Shown piece after piece: positions 63,395-64,000 of a stretch of 64,000 bases of DNA (position 1 is its first letter; each line of letters opens with the position of its first letter). The stretch comes from Camelus dromedarius (taxonomy: Eukaryota). A model generated the notes under the pieces. That model was not told where the DNA came from and did no database searches. It was given only the letters and a program-made list of their open reading frames with translations. A program made the position numbers and the translations under genes. The stretch lies in assembly GCF_036321535.1 (NCBI RefSeq), contig NC_087447.1:51214001-51278000 (forward strand), in the 5' to 3' direction.

Positions 63395-63950
63395 TAAATT
63401 TTTTATTGAAGTATAGTTGATATATAATACTATGTTAGTTTCAAGGGTATTACATAGTGATCTGACAATCAAATACATTACAAAATGATCTCCACAACAA
63501 GTCTAGTAACCACCTGCCACAATACAAAATTACTACAGTATTACTGACTGTAGTCCCCATGGTGTATATTACATCCCCATGACTTATTTATTTTATAACT
63601 GGAAGTTTGTATCTCTTAATCCCCTTCACTTATTTCACTGCACTTCCCCACCTCTAGCAACCACCAGTTTGCTCTCTGTATCTATGTCTGCTTCTGTTTT
63701 GTTTTGTTTGTTCATTTGTTTTGTTTTTTAGATTCTACATATAAGTGAGATCATACAATGTTTTTAGATTCTACATATAAGTGAGATCATACAATAGGTC
63801 TTTGTCTGACCTATTTCATTTAGTTTAATACCCTCTAGGTCCATTCATATTGTCATAAATGGCAAGATTTCATTCTTTTTTATGGCTGAGTAATATTGCA
63901 TTGTATGTATATACCACATCTTCTTTATCCATTCATCTATCAATGGAAAC
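63395..63950 (-). mobile_element. LINE-1 3' end fragment
   Basis: TTTTATTGAAGTATAGTTGA...TAGATTCTACATATAAGTGAGATCAT...ACCACATCTTCTTTATCCATTCATCT, homologous to 38885-39420. Confidence 0.85.
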
Positions 63951-64000
63951 TTCCTAGAAATAAAAATAAAAACTGAAGTGGGTGGCTCTCCAGTAGGTAA

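Overview
This is mammalian genomic DNA, most likely camelid (camel/alpaca/llama): it carries three copies of a tRNA-Ala-derived SINE resembling Vic-1 and I saw no Alu, B1, Bov-tA or PRE-1 elements. It appears to be the 5' end of PAK1 on the minus strand, recognised from my recall of the human PAK1 5'UTR rather than from a search. A CpG-island promoter and non-coding first exon lie at ~55.0-56.4 kb (donor AAG|GTGAGA at 55409/55408). About 55 kb of intron 1 runs toward position 1 and contains a second CpG-rich promoter and probable alternative first exon at ~6.0-6.4 kb (donor CAG|GTAAGG at 6047/6046). About 8 kb of upstream flank completes the window. I found no convincing protein-coding exon; the ORF track reflects decayed L1 ORF2, GC-rich chance ORFs and simple repeats. 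Much of the rest is transposon fossils (L1, L2, MIR, MaLR/ERVL LTRs, hAT MITEs, a Tigger remnant, SINEs), several nested with readable target-site duplications (TSDs). I see no prokaryote-type system such as CRISPR. The best leads are: a possible GUG-initiated, splice-controlled N-terminal extension of PAK1; a uORF specific to the alternative promoter; a 135-bp interrupted CAG/CCG repeat inside an old LTR ~5 kb upstream; and an unexplained ~0.3-kb A-tailed insert in a MER33. Repeat subfamily names are from memory, and boundaries without TSDs are approximate.
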